A DNA stretch of 64,000 nucleotides, taken from NCBI GenBank assembly GCA_020629115.1, contig JAHDDY010000008.1, positions 3,916 to 67,915 of the forward strand, in the 5' to 3' direction. Positions 25,601-35,290 of this stretch are shown piece by piece; position 1 is the stretch's first letter; every line of letters starts with the position of its first letter. Origin of the DNA: Paracoccaceae bacterium (GTDB taxonomy: Bacteria; Pseudomonadota; Alphaproteobacteria; Rhodobacterales; Rhodobacteraceae). A program made the translations under genes and the position numbers. The notes under the pieces were generated by a model. The model saw only the letters and a program-made list of their open reading frames with translations. It made no database searches and was not told the DNA's origin.

Positions 25601-26580
25601 GCAACGACGCGACCCTGCCCCCCTCGACGGGCGCCCATCCCGACCTGATCGGCGGCCTGCCCGACGGGGAGCAGACGGAGCATTTCGTCGCCCCCTTCGA
25701 GCATGGCGTCAGCTTCGACGAGCTGCCCGACGCGCCGCCGAAGGCGCGGTTCAGGCCGTCCCTGACCGGGTGGATCGGCATCGTCATCGTCGCCTTCTGG
25801 ATCGCCATCGCGGTCTTCGGGCCGCTCCTCGCCCCCTACGGCGAGAACGACCTGCCCTTCCCGGACGACTACAGCGAGTTCCAGGCCCCGCGCGAGGGCG
25901 CGCCCCTCGGCACCGACGTCGAGGACCGCGACATCCTCTCGCGCATCATGTACGGCGCGGGCCGCACCATCGGCATCGCCTTCGCCGCGACGGTGATGGC
26001 CTATGCCCTCGGCGTCGTCCTCGGCATCGGCGCGGCGGTCTCCGGGCCGAAGGTCGACATGGTGATGAGCCGCATCAACGACGCCTTCCTCAGCCTGCCG
26101 ACCATCATGCTCGGCCTCGTGGTGGTGGCCGCCGTCGGCTCCTCGATACCCGTGCTCATCGCGACCGCCGGGCTGATCTACGCGACGGTGGTGTTCCGGC
26201 TGGCCCGAGCGCTCGGCATGGAGATCATGGTGATGGACTTCGTCGAGGCCGCCAGGGCGCGGGGCGAGGGCCGGTGGTGGATCATCACCCGCGAGATCTG
26301 GCCCAACGCCGCCATGCCGCTGATCACCGATTTCGGGCTGCGGCTCATCTACGTCATCCTCTTCATCTCCTCGCTCAGCTTCCTCGGCCTCGGCGTGCAG
26401 CCGCCCCAGGCGGACTGGGGGTCGATGGTGCGCGAGAACCTCGGCGCGCTGCAATACGGCCAGTCGATCATCCCCGTCCTCGCTCCGGCGCTGTCCATCG
26501 CCACCCTGACCGTGGCGATCAACCTCATCGTCGACGACGTCTCCGCGCAGGCGGGCGGTCGCCTCTCGAAACGGCTCTGA
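25597..26580 (+). CDS. ABC transporter permease (DppC/OppC-like)
   Basis: 327 aa. ATGA overlap with the preceding permease. EAARARGEG...IWPNA motif region. Confidence 0.9.
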   Translation: MSNDATLPPSTGAHPDLIGGLPDGEQTEHFVAPFEHGVSFDELPDAPPKARFRPSLTGWIGIVIVAFWIAIAVFGPLLAPYGENDLPFPDDYSEFQAPREGAPLGTDVEDRDILSRIMYGAGRTIGIAFAATVMAYALGVVLGIGAAVSGPKVDMVMSRINDAFLSLPTIMLGLVVVAAVGSSIPVLIATAGLIYATVVFRLARALGMEIMVMDFVEAARARGEGRWWIITREIWPNAAMPLITDFGLRLIYVILFISSLSFLGLGVQPPQADWGSMVRENLGALQYGQSIIPVLAPALSIATLTVAINLIVDDVSAQAGGRLSKRL

Positions 26581-26583
26581 CCC

Positions 26584-28437
26584 ATGCAGAAAACGAGAAA
26601 CCATGGTGACCGCATCCACGGCGATATCGTCTTCGAGACCCGCGACCTGCGCATCGGGGCGATCCAGCCGGACGGATCGGAGATCCGCATCGTCAAGGGC
26701 GTCGATTTCCAGGTACGGCGCGGCGAGGTGGTCGCGCTGATCGGCGAATCCGGCTCCGGCAAGACGACCATCTCCCTCTCCGCGCTGGGCTACGCCAAGC
26801 CGGGGCTGAGCTTCACGGGGGGCGAGGCGCTGCTGCTGGGGCAGGACGTGACGAGGATGAGCGTCGACGAACTGCGCCCCCTGCGCGGCATCTCCGTCGC
26901 CTATCTCGCCCAGTCGGCGGCGGCGACCTTCAACCCCTCGATCAAGATCAACGAGCAGGTGACCGAGGCCCCGGTCCTGCACGGCACCAAGACCCAGGCC
27001 GAGGCCGACGCCAGGGCGCTGGAGCTGTACCGCGCGCTGGAGCTGCCCGACCCGGAGACCATCGGCGACCGCTACCCGCATCAGGTCTCGGGCGGCCAGC
27101 TCCAGCGGCTCATGGCCGCCATGGCGCTGTGCGGCGACCCGGAGCTGCTGGTCCTCGACGAGCCGACCACGGCGCTGGACGTGACCACGCAGATCGAGGT
27201 GCTGAAGGCCTTCAAGAAGGTCATCAAGGAGGAGGGCGCGGCGGCCATCTACGTGACCCACGACCTCGCCGTCGTCGCCCAGATCGCCGACCGCGTGGTC
27301 GTGCTCTACAACGGCGAAATCAAGGAGGCGGGGCCGGTCGAGGAGGTCATCGACCGCTCGAAGCACCCCTACACCACCCGCCTGATGGACGCGATCCGCC
27401 CGATGCCCGAGGCGGGGCAGGGCGATGCCTCCTCCGACGAGCATCTACGGGAGGCACCGGCGCTGGAGGCGCGGGGGGTCGACGCGGGCTATGGCGGCAT
27501 CGATTCGAGCGGCCGGCCCGCCGTCCCGGTGCTGCGCGATATCGACGTGGCGATCCAGCGGGGCAAGACGGTCGGGATCATCGGCGAATCGGGCTGCGGC
27601 AAGTCGACCCTCGCCCGGGTCTATGCCGGCCTCCTGCCCGCCGCGTCGGGGGATATCTACCTCGACGGCGAGCGCCTGTCGCCCGACCTCGCGGGCCGCA
27701 CGCGCGAGCAGCTGCGCAAGGTGCAGTTCGTCTACCAGATGGCCGATACCGCCCTGAACCCGCGCCAGCGCATCCGCGACATCCTGGGCCGCCCCATCGA
27801 CTTCTACCGCACCGCCGAGGGCATGACGCGCCGCCAGCGGGTCGAGCAGCTGCTGGAGATGGTCGAGTTGCCCGTCCAGTTCGCCGACCGCTACCCGCAC
27901 GAGCTGTCGGGTGGCCAGAAGCAGCGCGTGAACCTCGCCCGCGCCCTCGCCGCCAATCCGGAGGTGGTGCTGTGCGACGAGGTGACCTCGGCGCTCGACA
28001 CCATCGTCGCGGCCAACGTGATCGAGCTGCTCAAGCGGCTCCAGCGGGAGACGGGGGTCTCCTTCGTCTTCATCAGCCACGACCTGTCGACCGTCTCGTC
28101 CTTCGCGGACGAGATCGTGGTGCTCTATGCGGGCATGGTCGCGGAGCAGGGACCGACGGACCGGGTGCTCTCGCCGCCCTTCCACCCCTATACCCGCCTC
28201 CTGGTCTCCTCCGTGCCCGAGCCGCGCGTCGGCTGGCTGGAGGAGGCGGCGGCGACGCGGGAGGCGAAGGCCGGGGCGTCGGGGGCGGTGACGCTGACGG
28301 AGACGGGCTGTCCGTTCTTCGCCCGGTGCCCGCTGGCCATCCCCGGCACCTGCGAGACGGTCGACCCGCCCACTTTGGACGACGGGAACGGCCACGTCAT
28401 CGAATGCCACCGCTCCCTCGCCGAGCTGAGCGCCTGA
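26584..28437 (+). CDS. Fused dual ABC ATPase (DppD/DppF-like)
   Basis: 617 aa. Two Walker A motifs (GESGSGKTT, GESGCGKST) and two signature motifs (VSGGQLQR, LSGGQKQR). Confidence 0.9.
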   Translation: MQKTRNHGDRIHGDIVFETRDLRIGAIQPDGSEIRIVKGVDFQVRRGEVVALIGESGSGKTTISLSALGYAKPGLSFTGGEALLLGQDVTRMSVDELRPLRGISVAYLAQSAAATFNPSIKINEQVTEAPVLHGTKTQAEADARALELYRALELPDPETIGDRYPHQVSGGQLQRLMAAMALCGDPELLVLDEPTTALDVTTQIEVLKAFKKVIKEEGAAAIYVTHDLAVVAQIADRVVVLYNGEIKEAGPVEEVIDRSKHPYTTRLMDAIRPMPEAGQGDASSDEHLREAPALEARGVDAGYGGIDSSGRPAVPVLRDIDVAIQRGKTVGIIGESGCGKSTLARVYAGLLPAASGDIYLDGERLSPDLAGRTREQLRKVQFVYQMADTALNPRQRIRDILGRPIDFYRTAEGMTRRQRVEQLLEMVELPVQFADRYPHELSGGQKQRVNLARALAANPEVVLCDEVTSALDTIVAANVIELLKRLQRETGVSFVFISHDLSTVSSFADEIVVLYAGMVAEQGPTDRVLSPPFHPYTRLLVSSVPEPRVGWLEEAAATREAKAGASGAVTLTETGCPFFARCPLAIPGTCETVDPPTLDDGNGHVIECHRSLAELSA

Positions 28438-28444
28438 ACCGGGG

Positions 28445-29038
28445 TCAGTGGCGCGTGGGCGTCCGCGGCACGACGGCGTTGCGCAGGGCGGCCCAGCGCC
28501 GTTCCCACGCCTCGAACTGGAACGGCATCGCCTCGGCCCGCCGCCGCCGCTGGACCAGCCCGGCGGGCGCTGTGGCATGGCAAGGCCAGCGGCATCCGAT
28601 GAGCCGCGCCTTGGGCCAGCGCGCGATGCCGATCGCGTCGTACTGGTTGCCGCCCAGGATGTGATAGGCCGTATCGTCCTCGCCCACGCAGAAGCCCACA
28701 TGGCCGAAGGGCGAGCGCGGGTGCAGGGTCCAGAACACCATCACCGCCCCGCTCTGCGGGCTGCACTCGGCCCCGAAGTCGAGCCAGGGCCGCGCCCGCG
28801 CCTCCAGGAGGGGACGCCGGTCCCCCACCCCGCCGCGCGCCAGCGCCGTGCCGACCACCAGCCCGCACCAGGCCACGTTCACCGGCACGCTCGCGGACAG
28901 GGCCTGCAACCCCCAGATCAACATGTCGCGCCGGGAGCGGAGGGGGGCGATATCGCCGTCCATCATCCGCCGCGCCGCATCGAGCCAGGGCATCGTCGCC
29001 GCCGTGGCCTCCCTTCCATCCACCGGAAGCATCGTCAT
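28445..29038 (-). CDS. TIGR02594-type (CHAP/NlpC-P60-like) putative cell-wall hydrolase
   Basis: 197 aa. WCGLVVG...GAVMVFW...GHVGFCVGEDDTAYHILGGNQYDAIGIARWPKARLIGCRWP matches my recollection of the TIGR02594 family pattern. Confidence 0.65.
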   Translation of the reverse strand: MTMLPVDGREATAATMPWLDAARRMMDGDIAPLRSRRDMLIWGLQALSASVPVNVAWCGLVVGTALARGGVGDRRPLLEARARPWLDFGAECSPQSGAVMVFWTLHPRSPFGHVGFCVGEDDTAYHILGGNQYDAIGIARWPKARLIGCRWPCHATAPAGLVQRRRRAEAMPFQFEAWERRWAALRNAVVPRTPTRH

Positions 29039-29193
29039 CGTCCCGTCTCCATCGCCCGGCCCGGTGAGAGCGGGCCGTGGCGGACCAAGACGGCAGAGCG
29101 GATCGGGTTCCGACGATCGTGCGGCGTATGGCGTCGGCGCGGCCCCTTTGGCCTTGCCCGTCCGGGCCGGATCGGCTATTGCGGGAACGCTGC

Positions 29194-29267
29194 GCGGGCG
29201 TTGTGTAGTGGTAAGACCTCAGCCTTCCAAGCTGATGACGCGGGTTCGATTCCCGCCGCCCGCTCCA
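29194..29267 (+). tRNA. tRNA-Gly (anticodon UCC)
   Basis: Cloverleaf: acceptor GCGGGCG/CGCCCGC, anticodon stem TCAGC/GCTGA with loop CTTCCAA, T-arm GCGGG-TTCGATT-CCCGC, 3' CCA encoded. Close to E. coli glyT as I recall it. Confidence 0.9.
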
Positions 29268-29288
29268 TCCTTCCCGACAGCCGGACGA

Positions 29289-29921
29289 TCAGCCCGCCGC
29301 GCGCACGAAGGCGTCGATGCGGTCCGCATCCTTGATCCCCGGCGCGCTTTCGACCCCCGACGAGACGTCGACCATCCGCGCGCCGGTCAGCATGACGGCC
29401 TGGGCTACGTTGTCCGGGGTCAGCCCCCCGGCGAGCATCCAGGGCAGGGGAATGCGCCGGTTCGCCAGCAGCCGCCAGTCGAAGGCGACCCCGTTGCCGC
29501 CGGGCAGGGTGGCGTCCCGCGCCGGCTTCGCATCGAAGAGCAGCATGTCCGCCACCCCCGCGAGGGCCAGCCCTGCCTCGACATCCGCCGCCGTTTCTAC
29601 CGGCTGCGCGGCGATGAGGGGCAGGCTCGCGCGGGATTTCAGCGCGCGCAGGCGGGCGGGGTCGGCGACCTTGTGGACCTGGATGAAATCGAGCGGGACG
29701 GTGGCCGCCACCGCCTCCATCTCGGCATCGGTCGGATCGACGAACAGGCCCACCTTGCCGATGCCGGGCGGCACCTCGACGGCCAGCGCCGCCGCCTGCG
29801 CGGGCGAGACCGCGCGCGGGGAGGGCGGGTAGAAGACGAACCCGACGAACCGCGCCCCCGCCGCGACCGACGCCGCGACTCCCCCGGGCGTCGACAGCCC
29901 GCAGATCTTGACCGCCGTCAC
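29289..29921 (-). CDS. trpF: Phosphoribosylanthranilate isomerase
   Basis: 210 aa. N-terminal MTAVKICGL...ARFVGFVFYPPSPR. Confidence 0.9.
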   Translation of the reverse strand: MTAVKICGLSTPGGVAASVAAGARFVGFVFYPPSPRAVSPAQAAALAVEVPPGIGKVGLFVDPTDAEMEAVAATVPLDFIQVHKVADPARLRALKSRASLPLIAAQPVETAADVEAGLALAGVADMLLFDAKPARDATLPGGNGVAFDWRLLANRRIPLPWMLAGGLTPDNVAQAVMLTGARMVDVSSGVESAPGIKDADRIDAFVRAAG

Positions 29922-30241
29922 GGCTTACGGCGCTCGACCGGCGCGTCGATCAGCAGGTAGTCCGGCTCGCTCGCCTTCTGCGGCGGCGGCGCCTTGGGCT
30001 GGGGGGGCGGAGCGTTCGCGTAGCTGCCCGTGACGGTGACGAGCCAGCCGAGCAGGAAGCCGATCAGCACGCAGACGAGCATCACCGCCCAGAGCGGGTA
30101 GACACGGTAGGAGGTCTCCGGCGGAAAGGGGGAGCGGACGAACGGGTCGAGGTTGAAATGGACGCCGTGCCCGTTGTTGATGAACACGATGCCCAGGACG
30201 ATGCCGACGCTCAGCGAGATCAGGATGGTCAGGAAACGCAT
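29918..30241 (-). CDS. LapA-domain (DUF1049) small inner-membrane protein
   Basis: 107 aa, two TM helices and a Pro-rich tail. Conserved position between ihfB and trpF. Confidence 0.6.
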   Translation of the reverse strand: MRFLTILISLSVGIVLGIVFINNGHGVHFNLDPFVRSPFPPETSYRVYPLWAVMLVCVLIGFLLGWLVTVTGSYANAPPPQPKAPPPQKASEPDYLLIDAPVERRKP

Positions 30242-30262
30242 GGGCGGCGGCCTCGCTCGGAG

Positions 30263-30559
30263 CTATTCCGCGCCAGTGTAGTCCTCGTTGAGCCGCTCGC
30301 GCAACTCCTTGCCGGTCTTGAAGAACGGTACCTGCTTGGCGGGCACGGGCACGGCCTCGCCGGTGCGGGGGTTGCGGCCCATCCGGCTCTCGCGCTCCTT
30401 GACCGAGAACGCGCCGAAGCCTCGCAGCTCAACCCGGTTTCCCTCGGCCAGGGCATCGGTGATCGTATCGAAGACCGTCGAGACCACCCGCTCCACATCC
30501 CGCTGGTAGAGATGCGGATTCTCCTCGGCGAGAATCGCGATGAGTTCCGATTTGATCAT
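30263..30559 (-). CDS. ihfB: Integration host factor subunit beta
   Basis: Start taken at MIKSELIA (30559), within track ORF 30263..30589. [46 protein letters not shown]. Confidence 0.9.
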   Translation of the reverse strand: MIKSELIAILAEENPHLYQRDVERVVSTVFDTITDALAEGNRVELRGFGAFSVKERESRMGRNPRTGEAVPVPAKQVPFFKTGKELRERLNEDYTGAE

Positions 30560-30685
30560 ATTGCCCCCGTCAATGCCCCGACTCAGCACACAACGCGCCG
30601 ATACGCCGTCGGACGCGGTTCTTAACCTCGTTTAATACAGCGTGAAAGTCCATGATGCGTCAAGCCCTTGCGACCCGTCGGACGG

Positions 30686-31615
30686 TCAGCGGTAGATGGC
30701 CCACAGGCCCGTCTTCATCCGCGCGCCGAGGCCGAGCACGTCGAGCGCCTCGCGCGGGCCGTCCCAAGACAGGCCGCCGGGGAGCAGCCCGAACGGAAAG
30801 TCGCCCTCCTCGGGCACGACATAGGGCACCAGCGCCAGATCGGCATCCACGCCGCGCTCCGCCGCCAGCCAGGCGCGGGCGTCGTCCAGCCCCCCGACGG
30901 CATCGACCAGCTCGCGCTCGACCGCCATGCGCCCCGTGTAGATGCCGCCGCGCGCGATCTCGGCCAAGAGCGCCTCGTCCCCGATTGCGCGCCGCTCGAC
31001 CACGAGGTCGAGGAACCAGTCGAACGAATCCGCCACCAGCTCGCGCTCCGCGGCGATGACCTCGGGGTCGACCGGCTTGAAGGGGTTCGGCTCGGCCTTC
31101 AGGTCCCCGCTCTTGATCTCGACCATCTGCACGCCGACCCGGTCGAGCAGCTCGTGCACGTTCGGCGCTTGGAAGATCACGCCGACCGAGCCGGTGATGG
31201 TGTTGCTCATCGCGAAGATGCGATCCGTACCCAGCGCCGCGATGTAGCCGCCCGACGCGGCCACATCGCCCATCGTCGCCACGACCGGCTTTTCCGCGGC
31301 CACCGCGCGCAGGCCCTCGTACAGCTCCTCCGAGCCGGTCACCGTGCCGCCGGGGGAGTTGATCCGCACCACCAGCGCGCGGACCGCGTCGTCCTCGGCG
31401 ATGCGCTGGAGCAGGCGGGCGCGGTCGAGATCGCCGACGATGACGCCCTCGACGTCGTAGCGCGCGACGTGCGGTCCCTTCTCCGGCCCCTCCCGGCCGA
31501 CGAGCAGCGCCCCCGCGACGATCACGGCCAGCACGGCGAGAATGCGCCAGCGAAACCGGCTGCGCCGAAGTCTCTTGCGTTCCTCGTAGTCTTCGATCTG
31601 ATTCATGTCGTGCAC
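30686..31615 (-). CDS. sppA: Signal peptide peptidase SppA (36K type, S49 family)
   Basis: 309 aa. N-terminal TM helix. RINSPGGTVTGSEELY and ASGGYIAA motifs. Confidence 0.85.
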   Translation of the reverse strand: MHDMNQIEDYEERKRLRRSRFRWRILAVLAVIVAGALLVGREGPEKGPHVARYDVEGVIVGDLDRARLLQRIAEDDAVRALVVRINSPGGTVTGSEELYEGLRAVAAEKPVVATMGDVAASGGYIAALGTDRIFAMSNTITGSVGVIFQAPNVHELLDRVGVQMVEIKSGDLKAEPNPFKPVDPEVIAAERELVADSFDWFLDLVVERRAIGDEALLAEIARGGIYTGRMAVERELVDAVGGLDDARAWLAAERGVDADLALVPYVVPEEGDFPFGLLPGGLSWDGPREALDVLGLGARMKTGLWAIYR

Positions 31616-31647
31616 CCTATCCGCGAATCCCCCAAAGGAAGAGAGAC

Positions 31648-31935
31648 ATGCCCAAAGGCTACTGGATCGTCCACGTCGATGTCACCGACGCGGAGAACTA
31701 TCCGCAATACGTGAAGCTCGACACGCCCGTCCTCGACCGCTTCGGCGGCCGGTTCCTCGCCCGCGGCGGGCGGTGCGAGGGACCGGAGGGGCCGGTGCGC
31801 TCGCGGCACGTGGTGGTCGAGTTCGAGAGCTACGAGCGCGCGCTCGACTGCTACAACTCGGACGACTACCAGGAGGCCGCGCGCCTGCGGCAGGCGTATT
31901 CCGATTCGGAGATCGTCATCGTCGAGGGGACCTGA
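31648..31935 (+). CDS. DUF1330 domain protein
   Basis: 95 aa. MPKGYWIVHVDVTDAENYPQYV... and VVVEFESYERALDCYNSDDYQEA are typical of DUF1330. Confidence 0.7.
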   Translation: MPKGYWIVHVDVTDAENYPQYVKLDTPVLDRFGGRFLARGGRCEGPEGPVRSRHVVVEFESYERALDCYNSDDYQEAARLRQAYSDSEIVIVEGT

Positions 31936-31996
31936 CGCGCCCCCGGACTGGACAGGCGCGGGGAAAGCGTTAAGACTGCCCCGTGCCGACAGGCGA

Positions 31997-32073
31997 GACC
32001 CCGTAGCTCAGCCGGATAGAGCACCGGATTCCTAATCCGGGGGCCGCGCGTTCGAATCGCGCCGGGGTCGCCA
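31997..32073 (+). tRNA. tRNA-Arg (anticodon CCU)
   Basis: Acceptor GACCCCG/CGGGGTC, D-arm GCTC-AGCCGGATA-GAGC, anticodon stem CCGGA/TCCGG with loop TTCCTAA, T-arm GCGCG-TTCGAAT-CGCGC, 3' CCA encoded. Confidence 0.9.
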
Positions 32074-32129
32074 TTCTTCTTATTTGCGCTACCGCCCTTC
32101 TGGCCGCTTGAGCGCGGGCCTTCGCGCTG

Positions 32130-32152
32130 CTGCCCCGGACCCGATCCGGGAC
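32130..32152. repeat. Single REP-like hairpin (CCCCGGA...TCCGGG family) downstream of tRNA-Arg
   Basis: CTGCCCCGGACCCGATCCGGGAC. The stem CCCGGA/TCCGGG resembles the arms of the 58708-58790 element. Confidence 0.45.
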
Positions 32153-32168
32153 AGCCTATGCGGAAGGG

Positions 32169-32825
32169 TCAGCCCTTCGGGATGCCCGTGTAGGCCATGT
32201 CGCCCCACACCCGCTTGACCGTCCGGTCGCGGCCGCAGTTGTTGCGGTAGATCGTGTAGCGGATGCCGTTGTTCTTGTAGTAGTCCTGATGATACCGCTC
32301 CGCCGGGTAGAACGCGTCCGCGTCCACGATCCGCGTCGCGATGGGCTGCGAGAGGACGCCGGACGCCTCGATGGCCGCCTTCGACGCTTCGGCCCTGCTA
32401 CGCTGCTCCGCGTTCAGCGGGAAGATCGCGGTGCGGTAGGAATCGCCCCGGTCGCAGAACTGGCCGCCCCCGTCGGTCGGATCGACCGAATGCCAGAAGG
32501 CCGTCAGGAGCTGGTCGTAGCTGACCGTATCGGGATCGTAGACGACGTGCAGCGCCTCGTAATGGCCCGTGGTCTCGGACACCACGTCGCGGTAGCTGGG
32601 CCGTTCGGTCGTGCCGCCGGTATAGCCCGACGTGGTGGCGAGGACGCCGGGGATCTTGTCGAAATCGGCCTCGATGCACCAGAAGCAGCCGCCCGCAAAG
32701 ACCGCAACGCGCTGGTCGCCCGTGGTGCCGGGCAGGGCCGCGTACTCCGCCGAGGCGGCGGGCAGGGCGGCGGCGGCAAGGCCGAGCGCGACGCCCATGG
32801 CCGCGAAGGTTCTCTTAGAAATCAT
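32169..32825 (-). CDS. msrA: Peptide-methionine (S)-S-oxide reductase MsrA, with signal peptide
   Basis: 218 aa. Active-site GGCFWC. N-terminal signal AMGVALGLAAAALPAASA. Confidence 0.9.
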   Translation of the reverse strand: MISKRTFAAMGVALGLAAAALPAASAEYAALPGTTGDQRVAVFAGGCFWCIEADFDKIPGVLATTSGYTGGTTERPSYRDVVSETTGHYEALHVVYDPDTVSYDQLLTAFWHSVDPTDGGGQFCDRGDSYRTAIFPLNAEQRSRAEASKAAIEASGVLSQPIATRIVDADAFYPAERYHQDYYKNNGIRYTIYRNNCGRDRTVKRVWGDMAYTGIPKG

Positions 32826-33042
32826 AGGCTATTCCATCCTTTTCCCAATCGCCGTAGCGCACCGGCTCGCGCCCCTTTGGCCCGCCCCGTTCGGGGGGCA
32901 GGTCGAGGGCGGCGCCGTCCTTCTTGCGGGCCTCGGCCTCGGCCAGCGCCCGGGCGGCGATATCGGGGTCGGGTCTCTTGGCGCTCATCGGCGGGCCTCG
33001 CTCGCATTGTCGGTTCCGCGTGCCATATAGTGTCGCGCGCAT
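32815..33042 (-). CDS. DUF1674 (SDHAF4-like) small protein
   Basis: 75 aa, ending ERGGPKGREPVRYGDWEKDGIAYDF, which is the DUF1674 signature. Confidence 0.6.
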   Translation of the reverse strand: MRATLYGTRNRQCERGPPMSAKRPDPDIAARALAEAEARKKDGAALDLPPERGGPKGREPVRYGDWEKDGIAYDF

Positions 33043-33074
33043 CCGATGGTAAGTCGGTGAAGGGAGGCGACCGG

Positions 33075-34010
33075 ATGAACCTGTTCAAGACAATGTTACT
33101 GCTCGCCGCGCTCACCGCCCTGCTCATGGTCGTCGGATACGCGCTGGGCGGGCAGCAGGGGACCGTGCTCGCCTTCGTCTTCGCCGCCGGGACGAACCTG
33201 TTCGCCTGGTGGAAATCGGACACGATGGTCCTGAAAATGCACAAGGCCCGTCCCATCGGCCCGCGCGAGTCCCCCGAACTCTATGCCATGACGGAGGAGC
33301 TGTCGCGCAACGCGGGCATCCCCGTCCCGGCGCTGTATCTCATCGACAAGGATCAGCCCAACGCTTTCGCGACCGGGCGCAACCCCGAGAATTCCGCCGT
33401 CGCCGTGACGAGCGGCCTGGTGCAGCTGCTCAGCCGGGAGGAGCTGGCCGGGGTGATCGCGCACGAGTTGGCGCATATCAGGAACCGCGACACGCTCATC
33501 ATGACCGTCTCGGCCACGGTGTCGGGGGCGATTTCCATGATCGCGCAGTTCGGCCTGTTCTTCGGGGGCAGCCGCGACCGGCCCATGGGCGCACTCGGCA
33601 CTCTGGCGATGGCAATCCTCGCGCCGCTGGCCGCCCTGGTGATCCAGATGACGATCAGCCGGACGCGCGAATACGGGGCCGACCGGCTGGGGGCCGAGAT
33701 CTGCCGCAATCCGATGTGGCTGGCCAGCGCGCTGGTGAAGATCTCCAACTCGGCCAAGATGCTGGTGAGCGCGGAGCGGTTCCCCTCGACCGCCCACCTG
33801 TTCATCCACAATCCGCTGCGGGTGCGCGGGGCGGATTCGCTGTTCTCGACGCATCCCGACGTCGGCAACCGGGTCGCCGCCCTGCAGGAGATGGCCCGGG
33901 AGATGGGTCAGCGCGATGCCGTGTCCCTGCCGCGCTACCAGCCCGTGCCGCCGCGCTCCCCCTGGGGGCGGCGGCGGGGGCAGGCCGAGCGCGGCTCCCC
34001 ATGGCGGTAG
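33075..34010 (+). CDS. htpX: Zinc metalloprotease HtpX
   Basis: 311 aa from ATG 33075 (SD AGGGAGG at 33061-33067), within track ORF 32289..34010. HELAHIRNRD zinc motif. Confidence 0.9.
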   Translation: MNLFKTMLLLAALTALLMVVGYALGGQQGTVLAFVFAAGTNLFAWWKSDTMVLKMHKARPIGPRESPELYAMTEELSRNAGIPVPALYLIDKDQPNAFATGRNPENSAVAVTSGLVQLLSREELAGVIAHELAHIRNRDTLIMTVSATVSGAISMIAQFGLFFGGSRDRPMGALGTLAMAILAPLAALVIQMTISRTREYGADRLGAEICRNPMWLASALVKISNSAKMLVSAERFPSTAHLFIHNPLRVRGADSLFSTHPDVGNRVAALQEMAREMGQRDAVSLPRYQPVPPRSPWGRRRGQAERGSPWR

Positions 34011-35290
34011 GCACGCCCGGTCTCGACGCCCGTCACGCGGCGCTCATGGCGCTCGACGCCGTGCTGGACCGCGACCGCTCGCTCGATGCCGCCTGGCGCG
34101 AGGCGAAGGTGGACCGGCTGGAGGATCGCGACGCGGGTTTCGCCCGGCTCCTGGTTCTGACGACCCTGCGGCGGCTCGGCTCCATCGACGCGGTGATCGA
34201 CCGCTTCGTCGCCCGCCGCCCCGTCGGCAAGAACCGTCTCGGAGTGCAGATCATGCGCATCGCCGGGGCCGACCTGATGGCGCTCGATGGCGCGCCTCAT
34301 GCGGCGGTCGACACCGCCGTGCGCCTCGCCAAGCGCCTGCCGGAGACGCGCCGCCTGTCGGGGATGGTCAACGCCGTCTGCCGCCGCATGGCCGACGAGG
34401 GATGCCGCCTGTTCGACGCGGTCGACGCGGAGGCCGTGGACACGCCCGCCTGGCTGTGGGAGCGGCTCAAGGCCGCCTACGGCGAGCCGACCGCCCGCGC
34501 CATCGCCGCCGCCCACCGCCACGGTGCCCCCCTCGACCTGATGCCCGCCAAGGGGGCCGAGGCCTGGGCCGGGCGGCTGGGCGGGATGCTGACCCCCGCG
34601 CGGACCGTGCGGCTCGAAGGGGGCGCGGTCTCGAAGCTCGACGGCTACGACGAGGGCGCATGGTGGGTGCAGGATGCCGCCGCGACCCTGCCCGTGGCGC
34701 TGCTCGGCGACGTGAAGGGCAAGCGCGTGCTGGACCTGTGCGCCGCGCCGGGGGGCAAGACCATGCAGCTCGCCGCCGCCGGGGCCGAGGTGACGGCGCT
34801 GGACATATCCAAGCCCCGGATGCGGCGGATGCGCGAGAACCTCCTGCGCACCCGGACGGGGGTCAAGGTCGTCATCGCCGACGCGCTCGACTGGACGCCG
34901 CCGGGCCTGTTCGACGCGATCCTGCTGGACGCGCCGTGCTCGGCCACCGGGACCATCCGCCGCCATCCCGACCTGCCGCACCTGAAATCCGGCACCGTGC
35001 TGTCCGCGCTCGTGCCCCTGCAGGACGCGCTCCTGTCCCGGGCGTGGGAGTGGCTCGCCCCCGGCGGGACGCTGGTCTACGCCACCTGCTCGCTGCTGCC
35101 GGAGGAGGGCGAGGCGCGCATCGACGCCTTCCTCGCCACCCATCCCGAAGCGCGTGTGGAGCCGGTGGCGGCGGGCGGCGGGGTCGAGGCGGGGATGGTG
35201 TCGAACGGTGCCCTGCGCACCCTGCCGTGCCAGTGGCCCGATATCGGCGGTCTGGACGGCTTCTTCGCCGCGCGGCTCGTGCGCGGATGA
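34001..35290 (+). CDS. rsmB: 16S rRNA (cytosine-C5)-methyltransferase RsmB/Sun family
   Basis: About 429 aa, start uncertain. NusB-like N-domain. SAM motif DLCAAPGGKT and catalytic DAPCSATGTIRRHPD, TLVYATCSL. Confidence 0.8.
   Translation: MAVGTPGLDARHAALMALDAVLDRDRSLDAAWREAKVDRLEDRDAGFARLLVLTTLRRLGSIDAVIDRFVARRPVGKNRLGVQIMRIAGADLMALDGAPHAAVDTAVRLAKRLPETRRLSGMVNAVCRRMADEGCRLFDAVDAEAVDTPAWLWERLKAAYGEPTARAIAAAHRHGAPLDLMPAKGAEAWAGRLGGMLTPARTVRLEGGAVSKLDGYDEGAWWVQDAAATLPVALLGDVKGKRVLDLCAAPGGKTMQLAAAGAEVTALDISKPRMRRMRENLLRTRTGVKVVIADALDWTPPGLFDAILLDAPCSATGTIRRHPDLPHLKSGTVLSALVPLQDALLSRAWEWLAPGGTLVYATCSLLPEEGEARIDAFLATHPEARVEPVAAGGGVEAGMVSNGALRTLPCQWPDIGGLDGFFAARLVRG

Noticed and set aside
29194-32073. 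Integrated element or prophage at tRNA-Gly or tRNA-Arg
   Set aside because: No integrase, excisionase or phage structural gene, and no direct repeat of the tRNA 3' ends, is visible. The genes between and around the tRNAs (trpF, ihfB, sppA, msrA) are core housekeeping genes in conserved alphaproteobacterial order.
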